Origin: Eubacteriales bacterium
Lineage (GTDB): Bacteria > Bacillota > Clostridia > Oscillospirales > CAG-382
Length of the DNA stretch: 64,000 nucleotides
NCBI GenBank assembly: GCA_028705495.1
Contig: JAQWDK010000005.1
Location: 28,809-92,808 of the forward strand
Reading direction: 5' to 3'
Shown: one piece after another, positions 55,419 to 64,000 of the stretch
Numbering within the stretch: position 1 is the first letter of the stretch
How the letters are laid out: each line of letters opens with the position of its first letter
The notes under the pieces: generated by a model
Told to the model about the DNA's origin: nothing
What the model saw: only the letters and a program-made list of their open reading frames with translations
Database searches by the model: none
Program-made: the position numbers and the translations under genes

Positions 55419-56966
55419 TTATTTTAGATATCTGTTTATTATCTCAAAAATTCCATCCGCAAAACGATAGTAGCTGTATTCACCGAGTATCGAGCCGATT
55501 TCAGCTTCATCAGAAGCGATTGTGTTTGTGACAAAGGCGTATGTTCCGCCAGTTGTAACCGCAAGCGCCCTTGCAAGGAACTGGGTTACTGTATCGGGAT
55601 TGCTTTGAGTTACCGGTATAATTCTGATTCCCTTTACAATTGCCATTTCAGTTGTCTTTTTAATGTTGTCGACAATAGCTGTATCTTGGCGCGGTGGTGA
55701 GTCACAAAAAACAAACATAAGCTTTGCGTATGCGCCGTCAGTCCATTCGTGGGAATAAACAGCGTCGGAGAGGGCAAATTCAACACCCTGCTCATAGTCG
55801 CCCCCACCTGTACAGCTTTGACTTCCGAAAATTGAAACAGCGGTGTCGGTGTCCTCGTAAAACGGGAACGACCTGACAAGATAAAGTTCCCCACAGTCGC
55901 GATAAAAGTTGAAGCTTAGTCTGATTTTCAGATCGGGATTTTCTTCTTTGACTTGCTGAAGTATTCCGTCAATTTCTCCGTAGAGCTTATCGAATACATC
56001 ACCCATGCTCTTTTTTGTACTGATGACAAACATTAGGTCGAGAACTTTTTCTTCGTATTTCGGTTCGGCGTTGACAGTAAGCTCGACAAAGCTGCTGTCT
56101 ACAACCGTATTTGCGAAAATTCCGTTATAAGAAACCGATACTTTCACTATTGTATTCTCGCTACCGCTACCCATCATATTGCTGAACAGATAAGCCTTAC
56201 CTTCGTTATCTGTTATCGCAGTGTAAACAAGACCGCCGTCATTGTTATAACCCATAACAACAGCAGTATTGACCGGTTCTCCCTTAGGTGATTTGACCTT
56301 AACCACAAGCCTGCCTTCAAGGCTGATACCAAAGGCTACTCCGGCGGTAAGCCCGTACTGTTTTGCCGCAAGGATGTCGTTGTTTATTGATTCGGTAATC
56401 GAAGGAAAACTTAGTGATGAGCTCCAGTTTACATTGTCGTCCAAAACGCCGATATACTCATACGACTTACTGCCTTCGATTGCTTTTATCATATCCGGAT
56501 TAAGGTTGTTACTTATAACGTATTTATATCCGTCAATGAGCTCGCTTTTATTAATGCTGTCTTCTTTTTCGGGTTGCTTAAAAAATTTAGAGAAATTCTC
56601 AAGTATAAAGGAATCTAACATCCCTTTATCTTTTGTTTCAGACACGCCGCTTTCGTTATAATGGTTCTCTCCGTCTAAGAGAATATAATCGCTCCCGTAA
56701 AGACCGGGGATTGCAGAAAAGCTGACAAGCAAAAATATCACCATAGCAGCAGCATAAGCTCTGAGTTGAAGCTTTTTCCTGTGGTTTGCTTTTTCGGTTT
56801 CTCTTGCTGCATCCGCCTCGGCGAGGGATGACAAGAGGCGAAGCTTTGCAAGATAAGCTTCGTCCGATTTCGGGTCGGCACATTTTACTTCGTCAAGCTC
56901 GGACATGCCTTCTTTTATTAGCTTTTCTGTTTTATCGCTTTCTAACTGTTTCATATCAAATGTCAA
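55419..56966 (-). CDS. Single-pass membrane protein with extracellular CarboxypepD_reg-like and vWA-like domains; putative anti-sigma partner
   Basis: Cytoplasmic N-terminus of about 65 aa, then TM helix AAAMVIFLLVSFSAIPGL. It carries RLVVKVKSPKGEPVNTAVVMGY..TDNEGKAYLF and a vWA-like region (LDLMFVISTKKSM...GGGDYEQGVEFAL...KLMFVFCDSPP). TTG 56966 overlaps the sigma stop; ATG 56954 is an alternative. Confidence 0.5.
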   Translation of the reverse strand: MTFDMKQLESDKTEKLIKEGMSELDEVKCADPKSDEAYLAKLRLLSSLAEADAARETEKANHRKKLQLRAYAAAMVIFLLVSFSAIPGLYGSDYILLDGENHYNESGVSETKDKGMLDSFILENFSKFFKQPEKEDSINKSELIDGYKYVISNNLNPDMIKAIEGSKSYEYIGVLDDNVNWSSSLSFPSITESINNDILAAKQYGLTAGVAFGISLEGRLVVKVKSPKGEPVNTAVVMGYNNDGGLVYTAITDNEGKAYLFSNMMGSGSENTIVKVSVSYNGIFANTVVDSSFVELTVNAEPKYEEKVLDLMFVISTKKSMGDVFDKLYGEIDGILQQVKEENPDLKIRLSFNFYRDCGELYLVRSFPFYEDTDTAVSIFGSQSCTGGGDYEQGVEFALSDAVYSHEWTDGAYAKLMFVFCDSPPRQDTAIVDNIKKTTEMAIVKGIRIIPVTQSNPDTVTQFLARALAVTTGGTYAFVTNTIASDEAEIGSILGEYSYYRFADGIFEIINRYLK

Positions 56967-57619
56967 TCCTTACTTTCGCGTTCTTTTTTCTGCTTTTTCT
57001 GTATCATCGACTTGAGCTTTGCTCGGGCACGGCTCATTGAAGTTCTGACTGAACCACTGCTTATGTCGAGAAGTTTTGCTATTTTTTCAGTGGAGTAACC
57101 TTCATAGTAAAACAAATACAAAAGCTTTCTTTGCTTTTCAGGAAGTTCAAAGAGATATTCATTTAACCATACGGTGTCCTCATTGCTTGTTTTTTCACTT
57201 GAGCCAATAAATTTCTCGTCGAACAGGACTTTTTTTTGTCTCCGTTTTTCTTCTTGCATAGTCTTACAGCGGTTTATCGCCACTCTGATAAGCCATGCTT
57301 TTGTGTGTTCTTCACTCTCGAATGCTTCGCTTGATGGGGTTTTTTTAAGCTTCATATAAAGCCTAAGCATAACTTCCTGGAGTGCGTCGTCCGCGTCGAA
57401 TCTGCATTTGAGGGTAACAAGGCAGAGCCTTAGAATCATATCAGAGTACTTTTCAGAAATATTGCAGAAGGCTTCGTCGACATCAAACTTTTCGACGGTT
57501 TTTTCTTCTTTTACAGTGATAACGGTATCTTCCGAAACAGATAGAACAAAATTTGATTTCGCATCGATTATTCTGTCAGCGGACAACTCTATCACCCGTT
57601 TCATGTATAATACCGCCAA
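56963..57619 (-). CDS. ECF-type RNA polymerase sigma-70 family factor with an N-terminal extension
   Basis: Region 2 is DADDALQEVMLRLYMKL...WLIRVAINRCK. Region 4 is LPEKQRKLLYLFYYEGYSTEKIAKLLDISSGSVRTSMSRARAKLK. The track start is TTG 57619; the first ATG is 57604. Confidence 0.8.
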   Translation of the reverse strand: MAVLYMKRVIELSADRIIDAKSNFVLSVSEDTVITVKEEKTVEKFDVDEAFCNISEKYSDMILRLCLVTLKCRFDADDALQEVMLRLYMKLKKTPSSEAFESEEHTKAWLIRVAINRCKTMQEEKRRQKKVLFDEKFIGSSEKTSNEDTVWLNEYLFELPEKQRKLLYLFYYEGYSTEKIAKLLDISSGSVRTSMSRARAKLKSMIQKKQKKERESKD

Positions 57620-57637
57620 GGCGGGGAATATGTTACA
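57611..57637 (-). promoter_or_regulatory. ECF-type promoter-like motif TGTAAC-N16-CGGTA directly upstream of the ECF sigma gene
   Basis: Minus strand gTGTAAC (57637..57632), 16-nt spacer ATATTCCCCGCCTTGG, then CGGTA (57615..57611). The geometry matches the AAC-N16/17-CGT pattern of Bacillus ECF promoters. Confidence 0.4.
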
Positions 57638-57657
57638 CTTAAATTATAATTGTAAAT

Positions 57658-58950
57658 TTATCTTGCAATGTTTGGTATATTCATCTCGGTCACTATGTAA
57701 ATAACATAGTCGGGAGAAAATGATGAAACTTCATCTTCATCGAACTTAAACTCCCATAATGGTTTGTAATAAGTCCTACCGCATCTCTCTGCGATAAAGT
57801 CGATCATCATTACCGAATAGGAGTCGCGCATTATGTAAACATCTGGACCGCTGGGCATTTTAGAATTTGTAAGAGATATTTCAGACATTGTCGCTTCGTC
57901 GATACGAATTTCTCCGTCTTTGTACTTTTTGCTGTCGTAAGGTGTCTCGAATTTTATATTAGAAAATACAGTGTTTTCATTAAAGTTCGTCAAATCCATG
58001 CCTAAATCAAAGTAGAGGTCGCCGACCGATTTTTCTTCCATTGCAAAACCGAAATCTTCTACCGGACGGGGAGCGGAGTTCGGGAACTTTTCGGAAATCT
58101 TAGTCATCAGCTTTTCATAAGCAAAAAATGCCGCGTATTCAGTCCAGTGGCTGTCTGTGCGCATATATATCGGAAATTCGTCATTTTTGTTGGCGATAAG
58201 CGTATCGGTCATATTAATAACTGTAGCGCCGCCTTCGGTCAGCGCTTTTTCTGCTTGATCTATCAGGGTAATGCCATCAGGGCGTTCCAAGCCCTCGGGC
58301 ATGTACTCGGGATAAATCGAATTCGGGTTTGGAATCAAGACATAAATAATCTCCGCACCAAAGTTTTCAAGGGTTTTTACCCTCTCTTTTGTTCGGCTTG
58401 TTAATTTATCAATTCTTTCTTCGCTAAGTAGCTCTGTTTTCAGGAACTGATTCTCGGTTGCGGTAAAAAACAACCTAAAATCCTTGCCCACCCAGACATA
58501 ACTTGCGAATTCACTCTCCTGCACAGGACCAAGATCAGCAGTTTCTAAAACCGGCTCGCTCAGGTTCTTGCCTTCTGTTTTAGCATAGATTTTTATATCC
58601 CACGGTGAAGTAGCAGTGCTGGGGTTGACTTCGAAAATAAAACTGCCATCAACGGAACCGGTAGACAAAATGAGGTTATCGTCATATTCGACATAAACCG
58701 ACGCGCCGTCTTCGCATCTGCCGGAATATACATTTCTTCCGGTTTCAACTAAACGGATTTCAACAAGATCCGGCGCTTCTGCCCTTTCAAGCCCTTCTTC
58801 GTCGGGAAACATCTGTGTAACAGCCTTTTGTTGAAGGGTTGAAACAGCGCTCGCGGTTTTACTCGCTTCGCTGTTATCGATTTTATCGGTACATGAAATC
58901 ATAAGAGAAGTTACAATCAGAACAAAGAACAAAGCCAGAGTTTTTTTCAT
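57658..58950 (-). CDS. DHHW-family (AlgX/AlgJ-like SGNH fold) lipoprotein
   Basis: I place the start at ATG 58950 (GGAG 6 nt upstream). Lipobox SLMISC|T. MRTDSHWTEYAAFFAY is the family's D-H-H-W motif region, here D-S-H-W. Confidence 0.6.
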   Translation of the reverse strand: MKKTLALFFVLIVTSLMISCTDKIDNSEASKTASAVSTLQQKAVTQMFPDEEGLERAEAPDLVEIRLVETGRNVYSGRCEDGASVYVEYDDNLILSTGSVDGSFIFEVNPSTATSPWDIKIYAKTEGKNLSEPVLETADLGPVQESEFASYVWVGKDFRLFFTATENQFLKTELLSEERIDKLTSRTKERVKTLENFGAEIIYVLIPNPNSIYPEYMPEGLERPDGITLIDQAEKALTEGGATVINMTDTLIANKNDEFPIYMRTDSHWTEYAAFFAYEKLMTKISEKFPNSAPRPVEDFGFAMEEKSVGDLYFDLGMDLTNFNENTVFSNIKFETPYDSKKYKDGEIRIDEATMSEISLTNSKMPSGPDVYIMRDSYSVMMIDFIAERCGRTYYKPLWEFKFDEDEVSSFSPDYVIYIVTEMNIPNIAR

Positions 58951-58992
58951 GTTAATCTCCATCCCACCGCGAAGCGGTCACACATAAACTAA

Positions 58993-59016
58993 TGAAATTC
59001 AATTTGTTGAATTTCA
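58993..59016. repeat. 10-bp hairpin with GAAATTCAA arms
   Basis: tgaaattcaa-tttg-ttgaatttca; same arm sequence as 28860..28902. Confidence 0.8.
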
Positions 59017-59018
59017 GG

Positions 59019-59048
59019 GCGTGAACAATTCGCATTTGGACTTCCGCT
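59019..59048 (-). repeat. Tripartite 30-nt motif, copy B
   Basis: Minus strand agcggaagtcc aaa tgcgaat tg ttcacgc. It begins 4 nt after the trmL stop and ends 68 nt before the DHHW gene ATG. Confidence 0.8.
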
Positions 59049-59051
59049 AGG

Positions 59052-59549
59052 TTAAATTTCACGCTTAAAATATTCGCTTTTTGTTTCAAGACCTTTATAT
59101 CCGTTTTGTCTGAGTGCCTCATAGGCAGCTATTGCCACAGTGTTAGAAAGATTGAGGCTCCTTAAGGTTTCGAGCATCGGTATTCTCACACAGCTTTCGC
59201 TGTTAGCTTTGAGCAGCTCTTCCGGAAGACCTTTGGTTTCCTTGCCGAACACAAGAAAAACCTCACCGGAATAGTCAGCTTCGGTATAGCATTTTTTTGC
59301 CTTTGTCGTAAAGAAAAAGAATTTACCCGACGGATATCTGTCAAAAAGCTCATCTATGTGGTCATAATAATAAAGCTCAAGCTTGTTCCAGTAGTCAAGC
59401 CCGGCTCTTTTCAGATGCGCATCGGTTACTGTAAATCCCATAGGACGAATTATATGTAGGGCAGCGCCTGTAACAGCACAAGTTCTTGAGATATTACCTG
59501 TATTTTGGGGGATTTCTGGTTCATGTAGGACTATGTTTAATTTTTGCAT
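59052..59549 (-). CDS. trmL: tRNA (cytidine/uridine-34-2'-O)-methyltransferase TrmL (SpoU family)
   Basis: IVLHEPEIPQNTGNISRTCAVTGAALHIIRPMGF and VFGKETKGLP....IPM....RSLNLSN are SPOUT signatures. Confidence 0.88.
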   Translation of the reverse strand: MQKLNIVLHEPEIPQNTGNISRTCAVTGAALHIIRPMGFTVTDAHLKRAGLDYWNKLELYYYDHIDELFDRYPSGKFFFFTTKAKKCYTEADYSGEVFLVFGKETKGLPEELLKANSESCVRIPMLETLRSLNLSNTVAIAAYEALRQNGYKGLETKSEYFKREI

Positions 59550-59679
59550 ATAAATCTTTGCTTTCGTACGCTCTCGGGTTATTTTTTGTGTTTCTTAAAA
59601 ATTCCGCCATTTTTAGTCGTTATATGGTGATATTATATAATAACTGATAGCATAAATCAATTAATTTTACAAAAATGAC

Positions 59680-59708
59680 TGTTATTTTTTTATGCCTTGT
59701 GTTATAAT
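59680..59708 (+). promoter_or_regulatory. Candidate extended -10 promoter of secA
   Basis: TGt-TATAAT (59700..59708) with a weak -35 TGTTAT (59680..59685). Confidence 0.4.
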
Positions 59709-59763
59709 GTGTGCTGTGCCAAACTGCTGATAAATAGAAAAGCTTTTAGGAGAGTTATCATAC

Positions 59764-62505
59764 ATGGGGCTTATAAATAAAATTTTCGGAACATACAGCG
59801 AACGCCAGATAAAAAAGCTGAAGCCAATCGCTGATAAAATAGAATCCCTCGGCGACAAATACGCGGCGATGAGCGATAACGAACTGCGCTCTCAGACAGC
59901 ACTGTTTAAACAAAGACTCGCCGACGGTGAGACACTGAATGATATACTCCCCGACGCTTACGCTGTCGTACGCGAGGCTTCTACCCGCATCCACGGCGAA
60001 AGGCACTACTACTGCCAGCTCCTTGGCGGCATTGTCATACACCAGGGAAGAATAGCCGAAATGCGAACAGGTGAAGGAAAAACACTTGTTGCGACCCTCC
60101 CCGCTTATCTCAACGCACTCACCGGCAAAGGTGTTCATGTTGTAACAGTCAACGACTACCTTGCACGTCGTGACAGCGAATGGATGGGTAATATCTACCG
60201 TTATCTCGGTATGAGTGTTGGGCTTATCGTCAACGGATTAGGTTCAGAAGAACGAAGACTCGCTTATGCTGCCGATATTACTTACGGCACAAACAACGAA
60301 TTCGGATTTGATTACCTGCGTGACAACATGGTCATATATAAAGAAAACATGGTTCAAAGAGGCCATAATTTCGCTATTGTCGACGAGGTTGACTCTATAC
60401 TTATAGACGAAGCGAGAACCCCTCTCGTCATTTCAGGTCAAGGCGAAGAAAGCTCACCTCTATACGGGCAAGCAGACAGCTTTGTAAAACGCTTGAAGAT
60501 GTTCAAAATCAAGGAGCTTGATGAAAAGGTACATCATGACGACATCGATGCAGACTATATCGTTGATGAAAAAGCGAGATCCGCAGTTTTAACAACAAGC
60601 GGTATCAAAAAAGCGGAAGCGGCTTTCAATGTCGAGAACCTTGCTGATGCCGAAAACGCAACCTTGATGCATCACCTTAACAACGCCATTCGTGCAAGAG
60701 GTGTTATGCAAAAAGATGTTGACTATGTCATCAAAGACGGCGAAGTGCTTATTGTTGACCCATTTACAGGCCGTATAATGATAGGCAGACGTTATAACGA
60801 GGGACTCCATCAGGCGATTGAAGCAAAGGAAGGCGTTAATATAGAACGCGAAAGCAAGACAAACGCCACAATAACATTTCAGAACTACTTTAGAATGTAT
60901 AAAAAGCTCTCCGGTATGACCGGTACAGCAATGACTGAAGAAGAAGAATTCCGTGAGATTTACGCGCTCGATGTCGTTGAAATACCCACAAACAAGCCGA
61001 TGATCCGAAAGGACCACAATGATGTTGTCTACCGTAATCAAGCAGGAAAATATAGAGCTGTAATCAACCAGATTTCAGAATGCAAAGCTAAAGGTCAGCC
61101 TGTTCTTGTCGGTACTGTTTCTGTAGAAAAATCAGAATTCCTTTCAAAGCTACTTCAAAAACAAGGTATTACTCATACAGTACTTAACGCAAAATACCAC
61201 GACCGTGAAGCTGAGATTGTCGCACAGGCAGGTAAACTCGGCGCTGTTACAATTTCCACCAATATGGCTGGACGCGGAACTGATATCAAGCTTGGCGGTA
61301 ACAGCGAATATCTTGCAAAAAGTAAACTCCGTGCCGAAGGTATGGACGAGGCAATGATATATGAAGCCTCCGGCCACAGTATAACGGATGATCCAGAGAT
61401 TCTCGAAGCGAGAAAACATTATAACGAAATTTACGAGAGTTTTAATAAAGAAATTAAAATAGAAGCCGACAAAGTTCGTGCTGTCGGCGGTCTGTTCATA
61501 CTTGGTACAGAACGTCATGAAAGCCGTCGTATCGACAACCAGCTGCGTGGTCGTGCAGGCCGCCAGGGCGACCCTGGTGAGAGCAGATTCTACCTTTCCC
61601 TTGAGGATGACCTTATGAGGCTTTTCGGTTCTGATAAGATGATGGCTGTTGTTGAAAGACTCGGACTTGATGAGGATCAACCGATTGACGCAAAAATGCT
61701 GTCTAACACAATAGAAACAGCTCAAAAACGCCTTGAGGGCACCAACTTTGAACGCAGAAAGAACGTTCTTAGCTATGATGATGTTATGAATCAGCAGAGA
61801 ACCCTCATCTACAAGCAGCGCCAAGATGTTCTTGACGGTGCTGATCTCAAAAACAATATAATGGATATGATCGATTACTTTATAAGTAACGGTCTTGACC
61901 AATTCGCAGCAGGTGACATCCCTGATAACTGGAACACCGATGCACTACGCGGTTATTTCTATGGTATTCTCACAACGGACGAGGATTTCAGATTTACAGT
62001 TGAGGATCTCAACAAAATAACAAGAGATGAACTGTTTGACGACCTCCATAACAGAGCCGTCAAGAAGTACGAAGAAAAAGAAGCGCTGTTCACGCCCGAA
62101 AGAATGCGTGAGATTGAGCGCATTATACTGCTTAGAAATGTCGACAGCAAGTGGATAGACCATATCGACGCTATGGACGATTTGATGTCCGGTATCGGAC
62201 TCAGAGCATATGCACAGCATAACCCGATTGTCGAATACAAACTCGAAGGCTCTAATATGTTCGATGATATGTCCTCACAAATCAAGATAGACACAGCCAG
62301 AATGATTCTTACGGTAGTGCCGAAGGAAAAACTCGAACGTAAGCAAGTAATGAAAATCTCAACTGCAACCGAAGGTCCGAAGGGTGAAAAGATTAAAAAG
62401 ATGCCTGTTAGGAAGAAAGAAAAGATCGGTGTTAACGATCCCTGTCCCTGCGGTAGCGGCTTAAAGTATAAAAGATGCTGCTACGGTAAAGACCAGAAGA
62501 ACTAA
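59764..62505 (+). CDS. secA: Preprotein translocase ATPase SecA
   Basis: [24 protein letters not shown]-like [17 protein letters not shown], and the C-terminal zinc finger [13 protein letters not shown]; 913 aa. Confidence 0.97.
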   Translation: MGLINKIFGTYSERQIKKLKPIADKIESLGDKYAAMSDNELRSQTALFKQRLADGETLNDILPDAYAVVREASTRIHGERHYYCQLLGGIVIHQGRIAEMRTGEGKTLVATLPAYLNALTGKGVHVVTVNDYLARRDSEWMGNIYRYLGMSVGLIVNGLGSEERRLAYAADITYGTNNEFGFDYLRDNMVIYKENMVQRGHNFAIVDEVDSILIDEARTPLVISGQGEESSPLYGQADSFVKRLKMFKIKELDEKVHHDDIDADYIVDEKARSAVLTTSGIKKAEAAFNVENLADAENATLMHHLNNAIRARGVMQKDVDYVIKDGEVLIVDPFTGRIMIGRRYNEGLHQAIEAKEGVNIERESKTNATITFQNYFRMYKKLSGMTGTAMTEEEEFREIYALDVVEIPTNKPMIRKDHNDVVYRNQAGKYRAVINQISECKAKGQPVLVGTVSVEKSEFLSKLLQKQGITHTVLNAKYHDREAEIVAQAGKLGAVTISTNMAGRGTDIKLGGNSEYLAKSKLRAEGMDEAMIYEASGHSITDDPEILEARKHYNEIYESFNKEIKIEADKVRAVGGLFILGTERHESRRIDNQLRGRAGRQGDPGESRFYLSLEDDLMRLFGSDKMMAVVERLGLDEDQPIDAKMLSNTIETAQKRLEGTNFERRKNVLSYDDVMNQQRTLIYKQRQDVLDGADLKNNIMDMIDYFISNGLDQFAAGDIPDNWNTDALRGYFYGILTTDEDFRFTVEDLNKITRDELFDDLHNRAVKKYEEKEALFTPERMREIERIILLRNVDSKWIDHIDAMDDLMSGIGLRAYAQHNPIVEYKLEGSNMFDDMSSQIKIDTARMILTVVPKEKLERKQVMKISTATEGPKGEKIKKMPVRKKEKIGVNDPCPCGSGLKYKRCCYGKDQKN

Positions 62506-62530
62506 ACATCAATAAAACGGAGGTTAAATT

Positions 62531-63136
62531 TTGGGCTTCGGAATCTGCCTTATAGCCAATGCACTTTTTCTGTTTGAAATATACGGTTTAGAAACGGCAT
62601 CCTTTGCCCTTTTCGGCTATGCTTTTGCTCTGCTTTCCGAAACGGATAAAAGGTTTTTCCCCGGTGTTTATGTCTCAGCCGTGGGACTGATTCCGGCTGT
62701 TATAAGACTTCTTAATATCTTCGATGTTATTCATGTCGAAAAGTACGACCCGACAGGGTTACTGCTCCAATCGGCTTCCGCAGCACTGCTTATCGCCGTT
62801 TATGCAATTCTCTTCGCTGGTGTAAAACGCATCGCGGAGGATAACAAAGCTAAAAAGTTAGCGGCGCAGTGTGTAAATGCTGTTAGAATTTCTTCGCTAA
62901 CCCTCTCGTTTTTTATCATCTCGAGTATACTCTTCAACCTTTTCGCTACAACTTGGAGCCCCGCCGGACAGATAATGGGAATTGCAATCGCCGCTAAATA
63001 TATAACTATCGCACTTATGACTGTATATATCTATTTTTGCTACGTTTCCGTTTCGACACCGAAGCTAATTCGCAAAGAACAAAAAGCTGATACTGCTCTT
63101 GCTGAAAAGGAGCGAAAAGCAAAGGAGAAGGATTGA
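62531..63136 (+). CDS. Membrane protein of unknown function
   Basis: TTG start, 201 aa, about 6 hydrophobic segments, and a Lys/Glu-rich tail (EKERKAKEKD). Confidence 0.55.
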   Translation: MGFGICLIANALFLFEIYGLETASFALFGYAFALLSETDKRFFPGVYVSAVGLIPAVIRLLNIFDVIHVEKYDPTGLLLQSASAALLIAVYAILFAGVKRIAEDNKAKKLAAQCVNAVRISSLTLSFFIISSILFNLFATTWSPAGQIMGIAIAAKYITIALMTVYIYFCYVSVSTPKLIRKEQKADTALAEKERKAKEKD

Positions 63137-63273
63137 AAGATAACTTTCTATCCAGAAATTTGTTTCTTTCGTGCCGTAAGCAAGGCGCGAATCGCAAAAG
63201 GCGCGAACAAAACAAACATCTAGGTTTATAAAAAAAGATGGTCATAAAAAAGAAAAGGAGAAGTGATTTCGGT

Positions 63274-64000
63274 ATGAAAAAAAGAAATAGCACGCCTTTT
63301 AGCTTTCTGTTTCCGCCGATAATAATCCTCGCCCTCGTATTTTTCATATTGCCTGATTTTAACCTAATTGACTTTCTGCCTGACTTTTTAGCTTTTGCAA
63401 TACTTTATTTTGCACTCGAAAAAATTGCAGAGCTTGATTCACGCGTCGAAATCGCAAGAAAGTATATGCTTGGCTTTGCGCTTTTGAATGTAATCAAGTT
63501 TGCCTTTTCTTTCTACACGGGCGGTTTCGCCTTTTCCAGCGACCTTCTTCTCATTTCTACTCTGTTTTTTGTAGCTAATTCAATATTGTTTTTTGTCACT
63601 GCGCAAAACCTGTTTGAAGGGCTTAACTACACCTTGATGCGCAATAATGCAGAAGGTTCCCTTAATGCCCTAACCGACGCGAAAACACTGACTTTCTTCT
63701 TCGGTTTTGCTAAACTTGCTCTTAATTTTATCCCTCAAATTTTTTCGATTATAGAAGTGGACAGCGTGCCATATCGGTCAAGTCAGTTTTTCCAGGTTCT
63801 TGACCAAATAAAGAATGTAGCCATTTTATTTACATTCACTGCCTCGCTAATTCTCGGCATTTATTGGTTCACGGTAATGCTCAAGCTCCTTCGTGCCTTA
63901 AAGAACGACACATCTTTCCTTGAGACGGCTTATGCCAAATACGACACCGCGGTTATTAAAAATATAAAATACCTCTCTCGCAAGCGTTATCTGACAGCAA
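63274..64000 (+). CDS. Membrane protein of unknown function; 3' end runs off the right window edge
   Basis: Not in the ORF track (open at the edge). ATG 63274 is preceded by AAAAGGAGAAG. My translation MKKRNSTPFSFLFPPIIILALVFFILPDFNLIDFLPDFLAFAILYFALEKIAELD... stays open to base 64000. Confidence 0.6.
   Translation, partial: MKKRNSTPFSFLFPPIIILALVFFILPDFNLIDFLPDFLAFAILYFALEKIAELDSRVEIARKYMLGFALLNVIKFAFSFYTGGFAFSSDLLLISTLFFVANSILFFVTAQNLFEGLNYTLMRNNAEGSLNALTDAKTLTFFFGFAKLALNFIPQIFSIIEVDSVPYRSSQFFQVLDQIKNVAILFTFTASLILGIYWFTVMLKLLRALKNDTSFLETAYAKYDTAVIKNIKYLSRKRYLTA

Noticed and set aside
63182-63207. Direct repeat AAGGCGCGAA x2 (63182..63191 and 63198..63207) upstream of the last membrane-protein gene.
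   Set aside because: It is only 10 nt long with two copies, and has no associated promoter elements or inverted symmetry. I noted it but cannot interpret it.
1-64000. Whole-window scan for CRISPR arrays, rRNA, transposases, integrases, prophage modules, toxin-antitoxin pairs and known defence-system genes.
   Set aside because: I recognised none. The COG2865-type ATPase-wHTH (13728..14732) is the only gene with a loose association to such systems, and here it looks like the operon's regulator.

Overview
The 64 kb window looks like chromosomal DNA from a low-to-mid GC, spore-forming Firmicute, probably a Clostridia-class gut anaerobe; I cannot assign a genus. Coding density is high and about 80% of genes are on the minus strand.

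The right half (about 35-52 kb, plus secA) is ordinary conserved core:
- hpf, an S1-domain gene, divIC, yabQ, yabP, yabO, hup, mazG and a spoVB-like flippase
- a uridine-kinase-like gene, hemZ, dtd, relA, recJ, an rseC-like gene, cdaR and cdaA
- trmL and secA

Other recognisable genes are feoAB, ferritin, a CotH-family lipoprotein, a Gfo/Idh/MocA oxidoreductase, glpK, an M29 aminopeptidase, three GNATs, a heterodimeric ABC exporter pair, an RsmC-like methyltransferase, tRNA-Gly(CCC), a family-6 UDG, hflKC, a degenerate rubrerythrin-like protein and an orphan fumarase alpha subunit.

I found no rRNA, CRISPR array, transposase, integrase or prophage genes.

Five places deserve a second look:
1. 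A seven-gene minus-strand cluster (5.8-14.8 kb). A wHTH-ATPase with repeated operator-like sites heads an SBP-like lipoprotein, an alpha/alpha-toroid-like protein, an SGNH esterase lipoprotein, a beta-helix lipoprotein and two paralogous anchored surface proteins of unknown family. It has no permease and no recognisable glycoside hydrolase.
2. A module at 52.3-59.0 kb: a DHHW lipoprotein, an ECF sigma, a membrane partner with an extracellular vWA-like domain, an exported DUF4127-like lipoprotein and a polytopic membrane protein. The membrane protein has a clear paralogue at 4.4-5.7 kb.
3. A 30-nt tripartite motif present twice in inverted orientation (28748..28777 and 59019..59048), each next to a GAAATTCAA-armed hairpin.
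4. About 250 nt of unexplained, apparently structured sequence between tRNA-Gly and an intrinsic terminator that sits just upstream of the methyltransferase/ABC operon.
5. Tandem lipoprotein paralogues whose 5' ends are nearly identical.

All functional calls rest on motif recognition by eye. No database search was run.
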